From assembly GCA_951406725.2 (NCBI GenBank), contig OX597825.1:79050001-79114000 (forward strand): a stretch of DNA of 64,000 nucleotides, read 5' to 3'. Below the pieces are notes generated by a model. It saw only the letters and a program-made list of their open reading frames with translations, was not told the origin of the DNA and did not search any database. How positions within the stretch are numbered: the stretch's first letter is position 1; every line of letters starts with the position of its first letter. The translations under genes and the position numbers were made by a program. Below, piece by piece: positions 28,606-41,838 of the stretch. This stretch comes from Octopus vulgaris. Taxonomy: Eukaryota.

Positions 28606-29141
28606 TTAAATAATAACTCTTGTTAATAACAGAGTTAATATAAAATTTCAGTACAAGGAGCTGTCTGGAACAAATAAATCTTTAAATACAAAGACTACAG
28701 CTAACTTTTCAAGAACTTGGAGTTCAGAAGAAGGAAATCTTAACACCAACTCAAGTTACACATTTATTTGCAGTTTAAATTAAGAATTCATACAAAGCCA
28801 GTAACAGCAACAAATAAAAGACAGTTTCAGATTTATTTCTATATAAATGAAGGCTGGATGCTTCTTCAAATTTGAAAGCATGCAGCAATTTCTCTCCATA
28901 AATTTTACATAGCTTAGTTTCACATCTTACTATTCTTTTAAAAATTTGCTTGGTTCCTATATATTTTATGCAAATCAAATCACTACTAGGTCCTTCCAAA
29001 TGGAATACTGCTTAATTATTGAAATTATGATGCTGCTTCCTCTTGTACAAGTTTTAACAACTGTTACGTTGAAGAACACATTGAAAAACATTTTAAAGAA
29101 CTGTTCTCTTTTTTTCTAACATCCAATTTTTTTTCCAAGTT

Positions 29142-29482
29142 ATCATCATCATCATCATTTAACGTCCGCTTTCCATGCTAGCATGGGTTGGACGATTTTG
29201 ACTGAGGGCTGGCGAACCTGATGGCTGCACCAGGCTTCAGTCTTGATCTGGCAGAGTTTCTACAGCTGGATGCCCTTCCTAACGTTAACCACTCCGAGAG
29301 TGTAGTGGGTGCTTTTTACGTGCCACTGGCATGGGGGCCAGTCAAGCGGTATTGGCAACGACCTCGCTCGAATCTTTTTACACATGCCACTGGCACAGGT
29401 GCCAGTAAGGCGATGCTGGTAACGATCACGCTTGAATGGTGCCTTTTACGTGCCACCGGCATGGAAGCCAGTTTGCCGCTCT
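29142..29482 (-). mobile_element. Nin/Deu-like SINE, young copy
   Basis: Close reverse complement of 1868-2234, with CpGs retained. Confidence 0.8.
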
Positions 29483-31272
29483 GATAGAATAATTTTTCCA
29501 ATCTGGTTATTTGAATATCATTAGTGCAAACCATTCACCCATAGTGTGTGGAACCTATATGTCAGCCAGACAAACTGAGGCAAGCCGTGTTATGTACCTT
29601 ATTCAGACACATACTACAACTGTACTATCACTGAAACTCAGGATTCTGCATTAAAAAAGGTTAGTCTCCTGAGCACGTATGTTCCTGATTAAGTGTGAAC
29701 AAAATCTGCATTTTGGTGGTGATGACAGGCTAAAGCAACATGTTATCAGTTCTACATTTTACGAGAAGAACAACTATTACATGAATTTATAAAACCTTTA
29801 CAACCATCTTTCAAATATGATACCAAAAGAGCCACACAACTGTCTGCATTAAGCTAGATGTCAATGACGATGATGGTTCTCCAATCAATTCCAGTTACTC
29901 CAACAACTATCTGACCATAAAATCAGTCATAACAACAACATATTTGAGAGAAAAAATCTATTGAGTAGCTGTCAGGATTTTTAAAAATGCAAAAACCGTA
30001 TTTATGGTATTAATTCTTAAAATAGAAATTTATATTTAGACATTATGTGCTGAAACATGGAAACATTCACAAAAAGATAAAGAACATATTCACACTATAG
30101 ATTTCCAGTTGGTTTTGTTGTTGATTTTTCTTCTTTATTAGTCTTTCTCATTGTTTTCAACAATGGTCAGTCTTTAAATATCAAATGAGCTACATCAACT
30201 TAAAAAGTAACAATTACTTTTGTTTTAATTATCTGTATATGTACTTTTATCCTTGTATCTGGGTTGATCTACTGAGGAAATAATGCTATGCAGAATCTCT
30301 GCAGTTTTATGATATTAGCGCCTATTAGTTCAAATCAATTTTTTAAAATAAAAGTTTACATCCATAGCAAAATCTAGAAAAAACTAAAAAGCAATGTGAT
30401 AGGGTGAAAAAAAAAAAATTCAACCTTGAATTAGAGATAAAATTGAATACTTTAAACACAAGGTTCTGTTCTAATGCAACATAGGTCACACAACTGGTGT
30501 GACTTATGTCACAGTTACTTATGTTGCAAATATATGCATTTACTGAGTAAACACTAAAAAATGTTAGTGTGTAAGAAAGATAATATCTATAGGTCTGCTC
30601 AATTTGAGTTGACCTGGGGTTAAACAACTATTAAGTGTCAGTTCTTGCATTACACTTAAAATGAATCAGACCAACACAAGTGTTCTAAATTTCTAAGTCA
30701 TTATATGACTTCAGAAATTTGGGTGTGGATGTGTATATATATATATATGTTCTTATATCGCCCATAATTCTTATTTTAAAAAAAAGGTTGATTCTTTATT
30801 CAAGGTTAATGGATGTAATTATATTTTGAAAAAATACCAACAATAGTTTCAGGGAAAGAAAAAGCTTAGGAAAAATCTCATTATGAACTTTTCAATCTAA
30901 TGACAATGGAAGAATGATTCCCTTGTCAGTATTAGGATAACTGGATTTTAACAAATAGGGTTTCAGTACATAAATTGTACTTTTTTTTTCTCTAATTAAA
31001 AACAGTTGCTTTTTATGGCTTTGGCATGTTAAAGTTATAACACTGCCAATAATAAAAATATGAACACGCATGTATGTACTTGTATATGGTTATCTATATA
31101 TGTATAAACACACAGATCTACAAAAATACACTGATATATCAAGCACATATCTCACACAAATCATAGGAAAAAAGTATTTAGTTGTTATGTTCACAATTAG
31201 CATTTATACAATGAAATGTATGTTTTCAGAAAGTCAATAAAATGAAGAAAAAAAGCTGAAGGAAGTGTTTAC

Positions 31273-31337
31273 CTGCGCCAACTGGTGTCTGGAGGAAGTG
31301 ATAGGTAAGTTGTTGCTCCATAAGGTGAGCAATCAGC
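31273..31337 (-). CDS. CRTC1: CRTC internal coding exon, probably exon 4; 65 bp, phase 0-2
   Basis: ADCSPYGATTYLSLPPDTSWR(R), compared with human CRTC1 [21 protein letters not shown]. Acceptor aatctccag, donor CAG|gtaaac. Confidence 0.93.
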
Positions 31338-31793
31338 CTGGAGATTAAGTTAAAGAAAATAATGGAAATATTGATATCTGAAAGAAAAACAATCACACAC
31401 ACAAATGCTAAACATAGAACCTTTAATATCTGGAACAGAAAATCAAGACTATGTGAGGATCATACTTTTCTCAATGGCATTAGCGACATGGATGAAGTGA
31501 AAGAGCTATAACTGGGAAGCAAAACCAAGTAGAAGATTCAGAATTTGGAAGTTTGTCTCTATGATGGTCAATAAGGTGAAAACTATATTGATTTTTAACT
31601 TATGCAAAAGGCTATTATTTTGAGGAGGGGGTTTAATTAGATTATATTAACCCCAGCATTTGAGTGATACCTTATTTCACTGAACTCAGAGAGAAGAATA
31701 ACAATGTTGATCTCGGTTGGAGAATTGAAGCTGAGGAGGCAAAGAGATGAAATTAGATACTGCCTGTCAAATATTAAAAATTTTACAGAACTA

Positions 31794-32161
31794 GGCACAG
31801 GCGTGGCTGTGTGGTAAGACGCTTGCTTCCGGATGCTGGTTTGTTTTTTTGAGAGTCAGACAGGATGTTTGTGCTGCTTGGCATCGGTTTAGAGAAAATG
31901 TATTCAGACTTTAGCGGGTCTGAATTGTCTTCGGTGGAGGAGGAGGAGCTGGTGAAGGTTGTGAGAAGAATGGACGGAATATTGGAGGGAACAAGGAGTT
32001 TTTCTGAGACGGCAGAGGAGGTGAAGAGAAAGGATGTAGACCTGGCTGGACTAAAGGAATATGGAAAAATGATGCAGAAGGTGGGTGGCGACGTGAAGTG
32101 CCCCGAGGCAACCAAAGCCTTGTGAGTGGATTTGGTAGATGGAAACTGAAAGAAGCCTGTC

Positions 32162-32196
<35 letters not shown>

Positions 32197-32395
32197 TTAT
32201 GTGTCTGTGTTTGTCCCCCACCATCGCTTGACAACCGATGTTGGTGTTTACATCCTTGTAACTTAGCAGTTCAACAAAAGAGACTGATAGAATAAGCACT
32301 AGGCTTACAAAGAATAAGTCCTGGTATCGATTCGTTTGACTAAAGGCACTGCTCCAGCATGGCTGCAGTCAAATGACTGAAACAAGTAAAAGAAA
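31794..32395 (+). mobile_element. CORE-like SINE interrupted by a ~270-bp unrelated insert (31831-~32099)
   Basis: The head ends at gcttgcttcc (31830) and the body resumes at gccccg..accaaagccttgtgagtgg (~32100). Confidence 0.85.
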
Positions 32396-35033
32396 AGAAT
32401 AAATACTTTATGAATGTGTACACACACACACACACAAAGATGTGGTTTTATTCCACTACTATAAAAATGGAAACTTGGAGTAGCATCTGAGTGGAGATTC
32501 AGTATTGAATAAATGAATGTACTCTCAAAGTACTCTATACATGAACAGAGTACGTTTTTCATACACACATTTAGAATATATGCAATAAAGTCTATTCGTT
32601 TGAAGTTGATGAGTCATCTCATCACAATTTTAAGTTTATTTCTGTTGCCGAAATAAACAAGAATATGCGAATGCACAAAAGCAATAAAATACTTCAAACA
32701 AACACATACACACCGCAAACTGTATTTTCCAACATGCAAGTCAAATTTTTCAGACCAAAATTTACCAAAAAATAAAAAAATGGTTGATTTACATACCAAG
32801 ACAACTTTGAAAGACCAAAAATTCCATGTGAAAAGCATAATATTAGGAAAGATGATGTTTGAATGATTACACTATGTACTATGTTAACTTGTATGATGGA
32901 AAATAAGATATATTGTCACCATCATCATTTTATGCCCATTTTTATGTGCTGGTATGGTTTGGTTGGTTCAACAGGACCTGATGAGTCACAGGAAGAGATA
33001 TTGCTCCAATATCTCAGTTTTAGCATGGTTTCAATGATGGCATGTCCTTAATAACACCAACACACACACACATATATATTTGTTTTTTGTTGGTTTTTTT
33101 TTTTTGGTTTTCCATGCTAGCATGTGTTAGACAAATATATTACTGAAGAACTGTTTTACACAACTGGATGTACTCCTTTAACTGTTTTTCAAGTAATTTT
33201 TGATGAAGGAAATGACAAGAATATCACCACTTGCAGACTCTTGGAGAAGTGCAAATATAGACACACACATTACATAAACAGGTACAGAGTTACAAACACA
33301 CACACATATATATATATATATACAAACATGCATACTTGTATACATATACACACAGTTGGTTTCTTTTGGTTTCAGTCTACCAAATCTAGTCACAAGGCTT
33401 CAGTCAGCCCAGGAGATAACATTTGCCCAAGGTGCTACGCATTGGAACTGAACCCCAAATGACATAGTTGAGAAGTGGACTTCTTGACCACACAGCCATG
33501 ATACATAACATCAGATAAGCCAATCAGTTAAGATATTATTCAATCTTACAAAATTCCTCTATGTTGAAACATCAAAAAGAACAGACTTAATAATTTCTGT
33601 GACACTGCCCTTGTCCAGGTCAGAACTGAAAATGTAAGCAGGCATTCAGTTCACGACGATCTCATCTCTTTAGAAGTATCTACGACTATATGATCTGGTG
33701 GGTCCCAATCCTCCACTACACAGTTTATTAAATAAACATGGTCAAGTAGATGGGTGATGAGAGTAATCTGGTTGCTATTCCTGACAGACTGAGCAGCCAG
33801 AAAGATTCCTCCCTTTTTGGTTTATCTCTACTAAAAGTAACACAAGATTCAGTGATACTGTATAAATGTGCATACCTGCATTGACAAACATGAACGTGTC
33901 CCTTCTTTCCTCAATGGACAAAAAGTGAATGAGTTCAATCATCATCATCAATATCTATGCTCTATGATGACATGGCTACAATGGTTTCACAGGATCTAAT
34001 GGGTCCAAAGACTACACCATGCACCACTGTTTACTTTGGCATGATTTCTATAGCTGGATGCCCTTCCTAGCACCAACCATTTCACTGAGTGCTTACTTTC
34101 ATGGCACAAGACATAATGAAGTTACCATGCAACTTACAAGAACAAGAAGACCCTTCAACTGAGCAGTAGAAAGGGAGAAAGTTTTATGCTAGGAGATGAG
34201 AGGTGTGTGAGAGAAAGGGCTTTGACAAAACAAGTTTCTTACTGTAGAGGAGTTACAGGGTTACTCTCACGACAGAAGAGTGACAATGGTAGAAAGAGGC
34301 AAAATAGTAATAATGAGGATAATCACTATTTCATCTCATGGAAGCCTTTCAAGGTGCAGTTAAGTAGAAATGAGTGGGTACAGGGGAATAGGGAGTGCAG
34401 AAGACTTTCTCAAAGGCCACAAACACTTCATTTTGTCCATGGCAGTTTGCAGGACTGCATTGAGCTCCAGTGTCAGCCTTGGCATGGTGTCTATGGCTGG
34501 ATACCCTTCCTAATGCCAACTAATTGACAGTGTGCACCGGGTGCTTCTTTTCATGCCAGTGGCACTAGTGAGGTCATCAAGTAACTTGCAAGACAGGAAA
34601 AGAAAAGGAAAAAGTCCCCTCAACTAAGAAGAGGAACAATATAAGAGGTGGGGAAGTGGCTTTATGCAAGGTGTTGAGAGTCTAAAGTATAAGAGAGACA
34701 GGAACAAGTGTCTTGTTATGGAGGAGATACACTGCTAACTCACATTATATGAGAGAGTGAGAGTAGCTGGAGAGAAGATAAAAATGATAGTGAAAGGGTG
34801 ACACTCAAGATACAAGAAGGTGAGCATAAGAGATGATATGGACAGTGGATCAGGGATGGGGGGGAGTGAGAGTATTTCATGCGAATATTAGAAGAGATGG
34901 AGACAAAGGTCAATATAGTGAGTGATGAACCAGAATGGAAGTGCAGTTAATGAGTAGTACCAGTGTTGAAAGGTGAGAGAGAGATAGATGTGGCTTGGGA
35001 AGGAGGATAAATCAGAAAGCGGAGAAATGATGT

Positions 35034-35260
35034 TTAACCCTTTAGTATTTAAACCGGCCATATCCGGCCAAAATATTTAATCTGTTTTATGTTCAAACTG
35101 ACCAGATCCAGGCCCTCACACCTACCCTACAATGCTATTATACATTAAATAATTGCACCATCAAGATCTTGAAGATATGAGATAATGTATGATTAATTCA
35201 AATCAATAGGAATCAATAAGCATTACGTTTGATAGAATAATCTGAACACCAAAGGGTTAA
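35034..35260 (+). mobile_element. piggyBac-like MITE, family A
   Basis: TTAA-CCCTTTAG...CCAAAGGG-TTAA; the same internal sequence occurs at 42759-42982 (reverse) and 56656-56884. Confidence 0.8.
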
Positions 35261-35404
35261 GGTGTAAAAGTGGCAGGGAGGGAGATGTAAAGGAACATAA
35301 TGATGGCTACAGTAAGTGGGGGATAACGGAGATATGAGAGGGTGTTGAGAATATTAGCAAATACAAGAGATGTTAAAGACGAGGCATGGCAGCAAAGAAG
35401 GAAT

Positions 35405-35850
35405 ACTTCTCATAACTGCTGTCAAGATATAACAGAAATACGTATCTACTGAAAATAGTTCAAGATTTAACCAAAGCTAAGAAAATGTCTAAACAATTGT
35501 AAACACGTGTTTCTATGTATTTCTCTGTGGACAGAAGAAATATGAATGAACTGACATATTAGTTGAGTAATTCTCAGTGGACAGGAAAAGAGTTAACTTC
35601 CTGATGCATTAATCATCATCTGTGGAAAGAATGAGATGCGCAAAGCTTCAGAAGATTCCAACTGTAGTCACAAACTGACTCAAGTTACTCACTCATTTTC
35701 TGTCCACAGAGAAATACATAAAAAGACACACAAGAATGCATGTTTACATTTCTCAGTGTCTATCTATACATATATTTGGCACTGATAAAATCTTATGTGC
35801 TATTTTCACAACAGATAAGTGTCTATTCCTCTATCTCAGCTGCTTTGAGC
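35405..35850. mobile_element. Old fold-back element
   Basis: tgtatttctctgtggacagaa (35516-35536) pairs with ttctgtccacagagaaataca (35698-35718); the outer arms match more weakly. Confidence 0.65.
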
Positions 35851-36402
35851 ACACTTTCGAAAAAGAGTTTTAATTTAGGCAAAGCTATGGAGATAAGCAC
35901 AAATATGACTCTATGTTTAAGAAGTTCACTTCAGAACCACGTTTTGGGGGTCAGACTCCAATTGCCTGTTGTTGCATGGGTTCTACAACTGGAAACCGAT
36001 CCACATTCATCATGACAATGCACAACCAGACACATCTATGGTAACAAATCAGACAAGTAAACTGGGCTGGACAATGGTCCCCATCAACCGTGCAGGCTGA
36101 ATTTGGAAACCTCTGACACCAACCTACAGTCTTCAAAGACAATGATTCCATAAAAAACACAAAACTAAGAGGTAGATAACAGTGTACACCTGAACTTTTC
36201 CAAAGTCAATTTGAGACTTGGGTTTAATGATGGCACAAATGCAACAAGTGCTGGAGTCTATGTTCAGCAGTACCTTTGTGTAGAAGAGTAATTTGACCAA
36301 CATGTGCAATATTAACAACCTATGACAATTAATAAAAAACATTATGCCAAATTTTGAATTACTTATTAGAAAGCCATTGTGTGTGTGTGTGTGTGTGTGT
36401 GT

Positions 36403-36461
<59 letters not shown>

Positions 36462-37065
36462 ACAAATGCATGTCACTGTCATTCATTTCCTCTTGAAAAC
36501 ATGTCTCTAATGACTGAGAAATATTACCTTGCTTGAAAAAGAGTGTTAACAAGAAAGGTATACAGCCATAGAATATCTGCCTCAATGAATTCTGTTTCAC
36601 ACAAGCAAACATGCAAAACTGGTTGTTATAAAGATAATCATTATATATATATATATATATACACACACACGTCAGCTGAGTGGGGTTGTAGTACAGAAGG
36701 GTAAGTGGCTTTACTTTTATGTCAGCTATTGACAGGCTCAAGTGTGATAGAGAGACAGGTGCATGTGTCTTGCTATAAAAGAGATACATGGTTAATTTGC
36801 ATTACATAAGAGATGGTGGGATTAGCTGCAAGATGATGGTCAGGACCTATTCTCAAGGTACAAGAAGACGAATACAAGAGAAAGTATGGACCAAGGATTA
36901 GGAAGGGTGAGTGGATATGTTCGAAAGAGTGAGAGAAGATAGTGAGGAATGGTGAGAGATTGGGCCCTTGTCCAGCCCAGTTTGCTTTATTATCTGCTTC
37001 CAGGTGAGGGTTGACGACAGGAATGGCATTAGATTAAAGGAAGAAGGAAGAATGTAACGATCGAG

Positions 37066-37440
37066 GTGAATCACAATGACCATTTTGTGTGCAGTTAGAC
37101 AGACCATGCCTTTCTTTTGCTGGGCTCAAATCTCATTTGCAAACCCATGGAAAACAAACCTCCACCAACTATTCTGCCTATATGTCTGTGCACACCTTTC
37201 AATGCAATATATGCCAGAAGGTTTGCAAAAATCTAACGAAGGGCTCAAAAGACATTTTAAGATCCACAAAGATCTGAACTTATCTGCAGCTCTTGGTGGA
37301 TCAAATCAGATATGCAATCTATGTGGGTGTCTTTTCAAAACATTGTCTGGTTTAAAAAGCCACATCAGATGCCATGATGGTTCTAAGGTTTGGGTACAGG
37401 AGGTGGTCAAACTCTGCATAAGGAGTAGACAACCACCATA
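37066..37440 (+). pseudogene. Frameshifted triple C2H2 zinc-finger fragment, probably the 3' end of an RTE-like LINE
   Basis: FVC..DRPCLSFAGLKSHLQTH, FQCNICQKVCK/SNEGLKRHFKIH and ICNLCGCLFKTLSGLKSHIRCH across two frameshifts. No TGEKP linkers. Confidence 0.7.
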
Positions 37441-38235
37441 TACACATCATACTTAATCATGTTTATCTGCATCACTACCTGCATATCAGCTCACCTGGAT
37501 TTCTCTTATAGCCACCCTTTACCCCACAGACCCAGTCCTCAATAAAGATTTCTAAGGTTAAGTTAAAATCATTTGAACACTTGTGCATTATTTTCTATTT
37601 GGACGTATAGAAAATATACGGACATCAAATGATGATGATGTATGTGTGTAAATATTATTTCGAATAAAAGTTTGCAAAATGATTTCTGAGTAAACCTCTC
37701 ACTATCACTCACTATTTATTGCTTTAGCTTACCTCTGCCACTGTGACTTATGTGAAACACATAGCATTTTATTATATGCAAGATAAGATTTAAGAATGCA
37801 GAATGAACTTTAAAATATATATCGATATCCTTCTATCATTTACTCTCTCCTCCTCTTAAACTGCTTCTGGGTTTTTAAAACATTTTGCCTACATACCTGC
37901 TCTCTGTTTTTCTCTCCCCCTTTCTGTCTTTCTACCTCCCACTGTCTTGTACTCTGTCTCCATATATCTCCAATTCTTTCTCTATCTTCTCTTCTCAGTA
38001 AGATTTCTCTTTCATACCTAATAGCATTCCATATCTACGTCTTTTCAACTCTCTCTCTCTCTCTCTCTCATATATGTGTGTATATATATATATATTTATA
38101 TATATATACAGACACACACACAAATATACATACACATAAAAATACATATATATGTGTAACTTTGATAGGTTTTGGCCAGCATAGGCCCAGGCCATGTATA
38201 AATAGCACAACCTGGTAAAAATACACATAAAAATA

Positions 38236-38600
38236 CATATATATATATATATATATATATACGCACATACACACACATATATATATATATATACACACAC
38301 ACATACACACACACACACAAATATATAGATACATATGCATACATATATATACACACACACACAAATATATAGATACATATGCACATACATATATATACAC
38401 ACACACACAAATATATAGATACATATGCACATACATATATATACACACACACACAAATATATAGATACATATGCACATACATATATATATACACACACAC
38501 ACAAATATATAGATACATATGCACATACATATATATATACACACACACACACAAATATATAGATACATATGCACATACATATATATATACACACACACAC

Positions 38601-38680
<80 letters not shown>
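38236..38680. repeat. Compound microsatellite with a ~48-52-bp higher-order unit (about 6 copies)
   Basis: Repeated aaatatatagatacatatgcacatac(at)n(ac)n. Confidence 0.95.
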
Positions 38681-38682
<2 letters not shown>

Positions 38683-38824
38683 TTATGCCTACTTCTTTCT
38701 TTTCTAATATATTTTGCTTTTTCAATCTTTCTCCTCCTTTTACTTATCTGTCTCTGTCTCATTCAAATATCTCTCAGCCTATCTGCCATTATCTCCCAAA
38801 GCAACACTATCTTTCTCTCTCTTA

Positions 38825-38872
<48 letters not shown>

Positions 38873-39207
38873 TAGTTATCTCTCTCTCTCTCTCTCTCTC
38901 CTTCACCCTCTTTTTCTAGAACAACTAAGTAGAGATGCTGTTATAGCAACAAAGTAGAAATTCTGTTGAATAATTTAGAACACTTCAAGCTGTTTCATTA
39001 AGCATTATGAGACAAATACAAAACATAAACAGAATGATTCTAGCTTGTGTCAAATGATTTAGAAAGTAAATTTTATAAATTGGAGCAAATTCAGCAACTT
39101 CAAACTCACAAAGAAAAAGTATATATATATATATATGTGTATGTATGTATACATATATATATATATACACACATACACATAGCATATTGTATATATTGAA
39201 ACTGTAT

Positions 39208-39244
<37 letters not shown>

Positions 39245-39300
39245 AATGTGAAACAAGGTGGGAAAAATAGTACTCAAATACTAGAGGTAGAGTAATATGC

Positions 39301-39457
39301 TTTATTGTTAAAGCTGCAAAAACATCACAAAAACTGCTACTCAGAGTTTGACATTCATTGGACAGTTGTGATTGAGATCTCAATCACAACTGTCAAATGA
39401 ATGTGAAACTCTGAGTAGCAGTTTTTTTGTGATGTTTTTGCCGCTTAAAATAATAAA
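39301..39457. repeat. Near-perfect loopless palindrome, ~78-bp arms
   Basis: Symmetric about gaga|tctc (39377/39378): tgctactcagagttt..gacagttgtgattgaga / tctcaatcacaactgtc..aaactctgagtagca. Confidence 0.93.
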
Positions 39458-39466
39458 GTGTGTATA

Positions 39467-39842
39467 GGCATTGGAGTAGCTGTGTGGTAAGTAGCTTGCT
39501 TACCAACCACATGGTTCCGGGTTCAGTCCCATTGCATGGCACCTTCGGCAAGTGTCTTCTACTATAGCCCCGTGAGTGGATCTGGTAGACAGAAACTGAA
39601 GGAAGCCCATCATATATATGAATATATATATGTGTGTGTGTGTATATGTTTATGTATCTGTGTTTGTCTCCCCAACATCACTTGACAACCGATGCTGGTG
39701 TGTTTACTCCCTGTAACATAGCGATTCGGCAAAAGGGACCGATAGAATAAATACTAGGCTTACAAAGAATAAGTCCTGATTTGCTTGATTAAAGGTGATG
39801 CTCCAGCATGGTCACAGTCAAATGACTGAAACAAGTAAAAGT
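39467..39842 (+). mobile_element. CORE-like SINE, near full length
   Basis: gctgtgtggtaagtagcttgc..ggttccgggttcagtccc..ggcaagtgtcttctactatagcc..gactgaaacaagtaaaag. Confidence 0.85.
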
Positions 39843-40647
39843 ATATATATATATATATATATATATATAACCCAGTACAATCTGTCGCACAGTCATGTTG
39901 TCAACAGGTAAACTGGCAAACCTACTTTGTAAGGAGGGTGGTTTTGTTTGGACACCCTGCCAGATAAAAACCCTATCAAAGGGCAGGTTAACTCAGTAGT
40001 GTCAACAGCCATCCAATTACTAGTAGTGAAAGACCACAAGTCTTTGCTTAGACTCAACAATAATTTAGATGTAACCCTGCAACTTCATTCGCCTCCAATG
40101 ATGTAAACTAGTTCATTTTTGTGCGGAAACGAATACAAGTTTAGAGGGTGGGGTATGCCCTGTGCAAGGCTTTTCTTCACTTTAAAGTGCTTCAGGCACA
40201 GACAACACTTGATTTTTAAAATCTCTCTTATGTGTTACATACAGTGGCTGGCCATAACCAAGAATGGCAAAACATTCAATTGAAAATCCCATGATGGAAT
40301 GAAAGTATGTCAGCATGGGTGGTAACTCTCCAAATATTTGTTGCAAAAGGCACTCATCTTTGTTAAAATAGTGTCGGTCCTTAGCAACACTGAAAGACCA
40401 CACCCATGCAGCACATGTTTACGAGAACAACAGAGTAATAACATAGCCCAAAACTAAGTTAAAGCCATCATATATATGTGTATGTATATGTATATATATA
40501 TGTGTATATAGGTAGGGTAAAATCCAAGCTGTGTCCTCTTGAAGCACATCTGCTTATTCCATTATTACAATCCATATGTGTTAGTTGTATTAATGTGGGT
40601 TACATCGCAGAGTTGAAAATTCTAGAAATATTGCTTGTAGAGTTATT

Positions 40648-40960
40648 ATATAACAAAACAGGAAGTTGGGAAATTTTTTGACATTATTTATTCACCATTA
40701 CATATGTTTCATTTGCTAATAGGAATCACAAAGTTGTACATGTTGGAAAGACATGAAAGAAACTTCCTGCTTAGAAATTCTTCAGACAGAGAATTAAATA
40801 ATACTAATTTACATTTGGATGAAGCGTTTGAAGAATTTCTAACAGCAAATTTCTTAGATGTTTTTCCAGCATCTACAACTTTGCGATCCGTATTAACAAA
40901 TAGAACATCTGTAATGGTGAATAAATACAAAAAAATTTACCAGCTTCCTGTTTTGTTATT
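40648..40960. mobile_element. Fold-back element/MITE with ~135-bp inverted arms
   Basis: 40650-40784 pairs with 40829-40958, e.g. ataacaaaacaggaag / cttcctgttttgttat and ttagaaattcttca / tgaagaatttctaa. Confidence 0.85.
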
Positions 40961-41059
40961 TTTACTTTAATATAAATTTGAGTGATGTTTTTCTGTCTAT
41001 TTCGTTTTTATGTTTGTTAACTCATCCAGGACCATTGGTGCAAGGACAACGAAACTCAA

Positions 41060-41500
41060 ACCAGCAACTCCTCTAATCCCAGGGAAAGTACTATGGGGGG
41101 GGGGGGGGGGTCTATTTTTTAAGGTCCCCTAATTGGGGCCCCACTGACCCTTCCTATTTGTATTGCATTTTAAACTAAATACATGGCATTACCAACCAAA
41201 TTGGAGCAATGACAATGAATTTCATACCATGAACTCCCAGGAAGTATTGTAAGGAGGTTCAATTTCTGAAGGGCCACTTAAATGGGGCCCCACCCACGAT
41301 TTTTACTGTATTTACCTCACTCCTACGCTTATTGATTAAATTATGATCAGCATCAATGCTTAGCATATTTGCACAAATATGTTTCATTACACAAGAGTAA
41401 AGGGCCGCAAAGCAGCCCAATAGTGGGACCCAAGGCCTCAAAGGTGCCCTCGGCAGGAGCTAGCCTGAATGCCATCCAAAGGGCGGCTTCAAGGATAGTA
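41060..41500 (+). mobile_element. Possible Helitron-like non-autonomous element
   Basis: Internal ggggcccc repeats and GC hairpins followed by CTAG (41460-41463), then a second hairpin plus gatagt. Confidence 0.4.
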
Positions 41501-41758
41501 TACATACATACGTAGGTACATTCATATACTTTGTATCTTGCTGGCACAGGTAGGATGGATTCTTCATATTTCAAGACTGAATGCTCTCCCTCCCTTAACT
41601 ATTCTCAATAGAAGGGATTTTTGTTTACTCCACTAAGTAGCAAAACAACATATAATGTTTACTGGGAATCCAAGCATAGCAAAACCCTTTTTTAATGGAA
41701 GGCAGCCTCATGTGAAGGAATGGCAATGACAACTTCTGTACAAATATGTCTGTGTGTA

Positions 41759-41838
<80 letters not shown>

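Noticed and set aside
1-31272. Next CRTC exon encoding TNSDSALH
   Set aside because: Not found by manual scan. Presumed beyond the window start, although a missed small exon cannot be excluded.
32978-33000. CTGATGAG hammerhead core
   Set aside because: No GAAA or flanking helices; it lies in a decayed SINE.
37995-38957. 178-255 aa ORFs
   Set aside because: Same microsatellite artefact.
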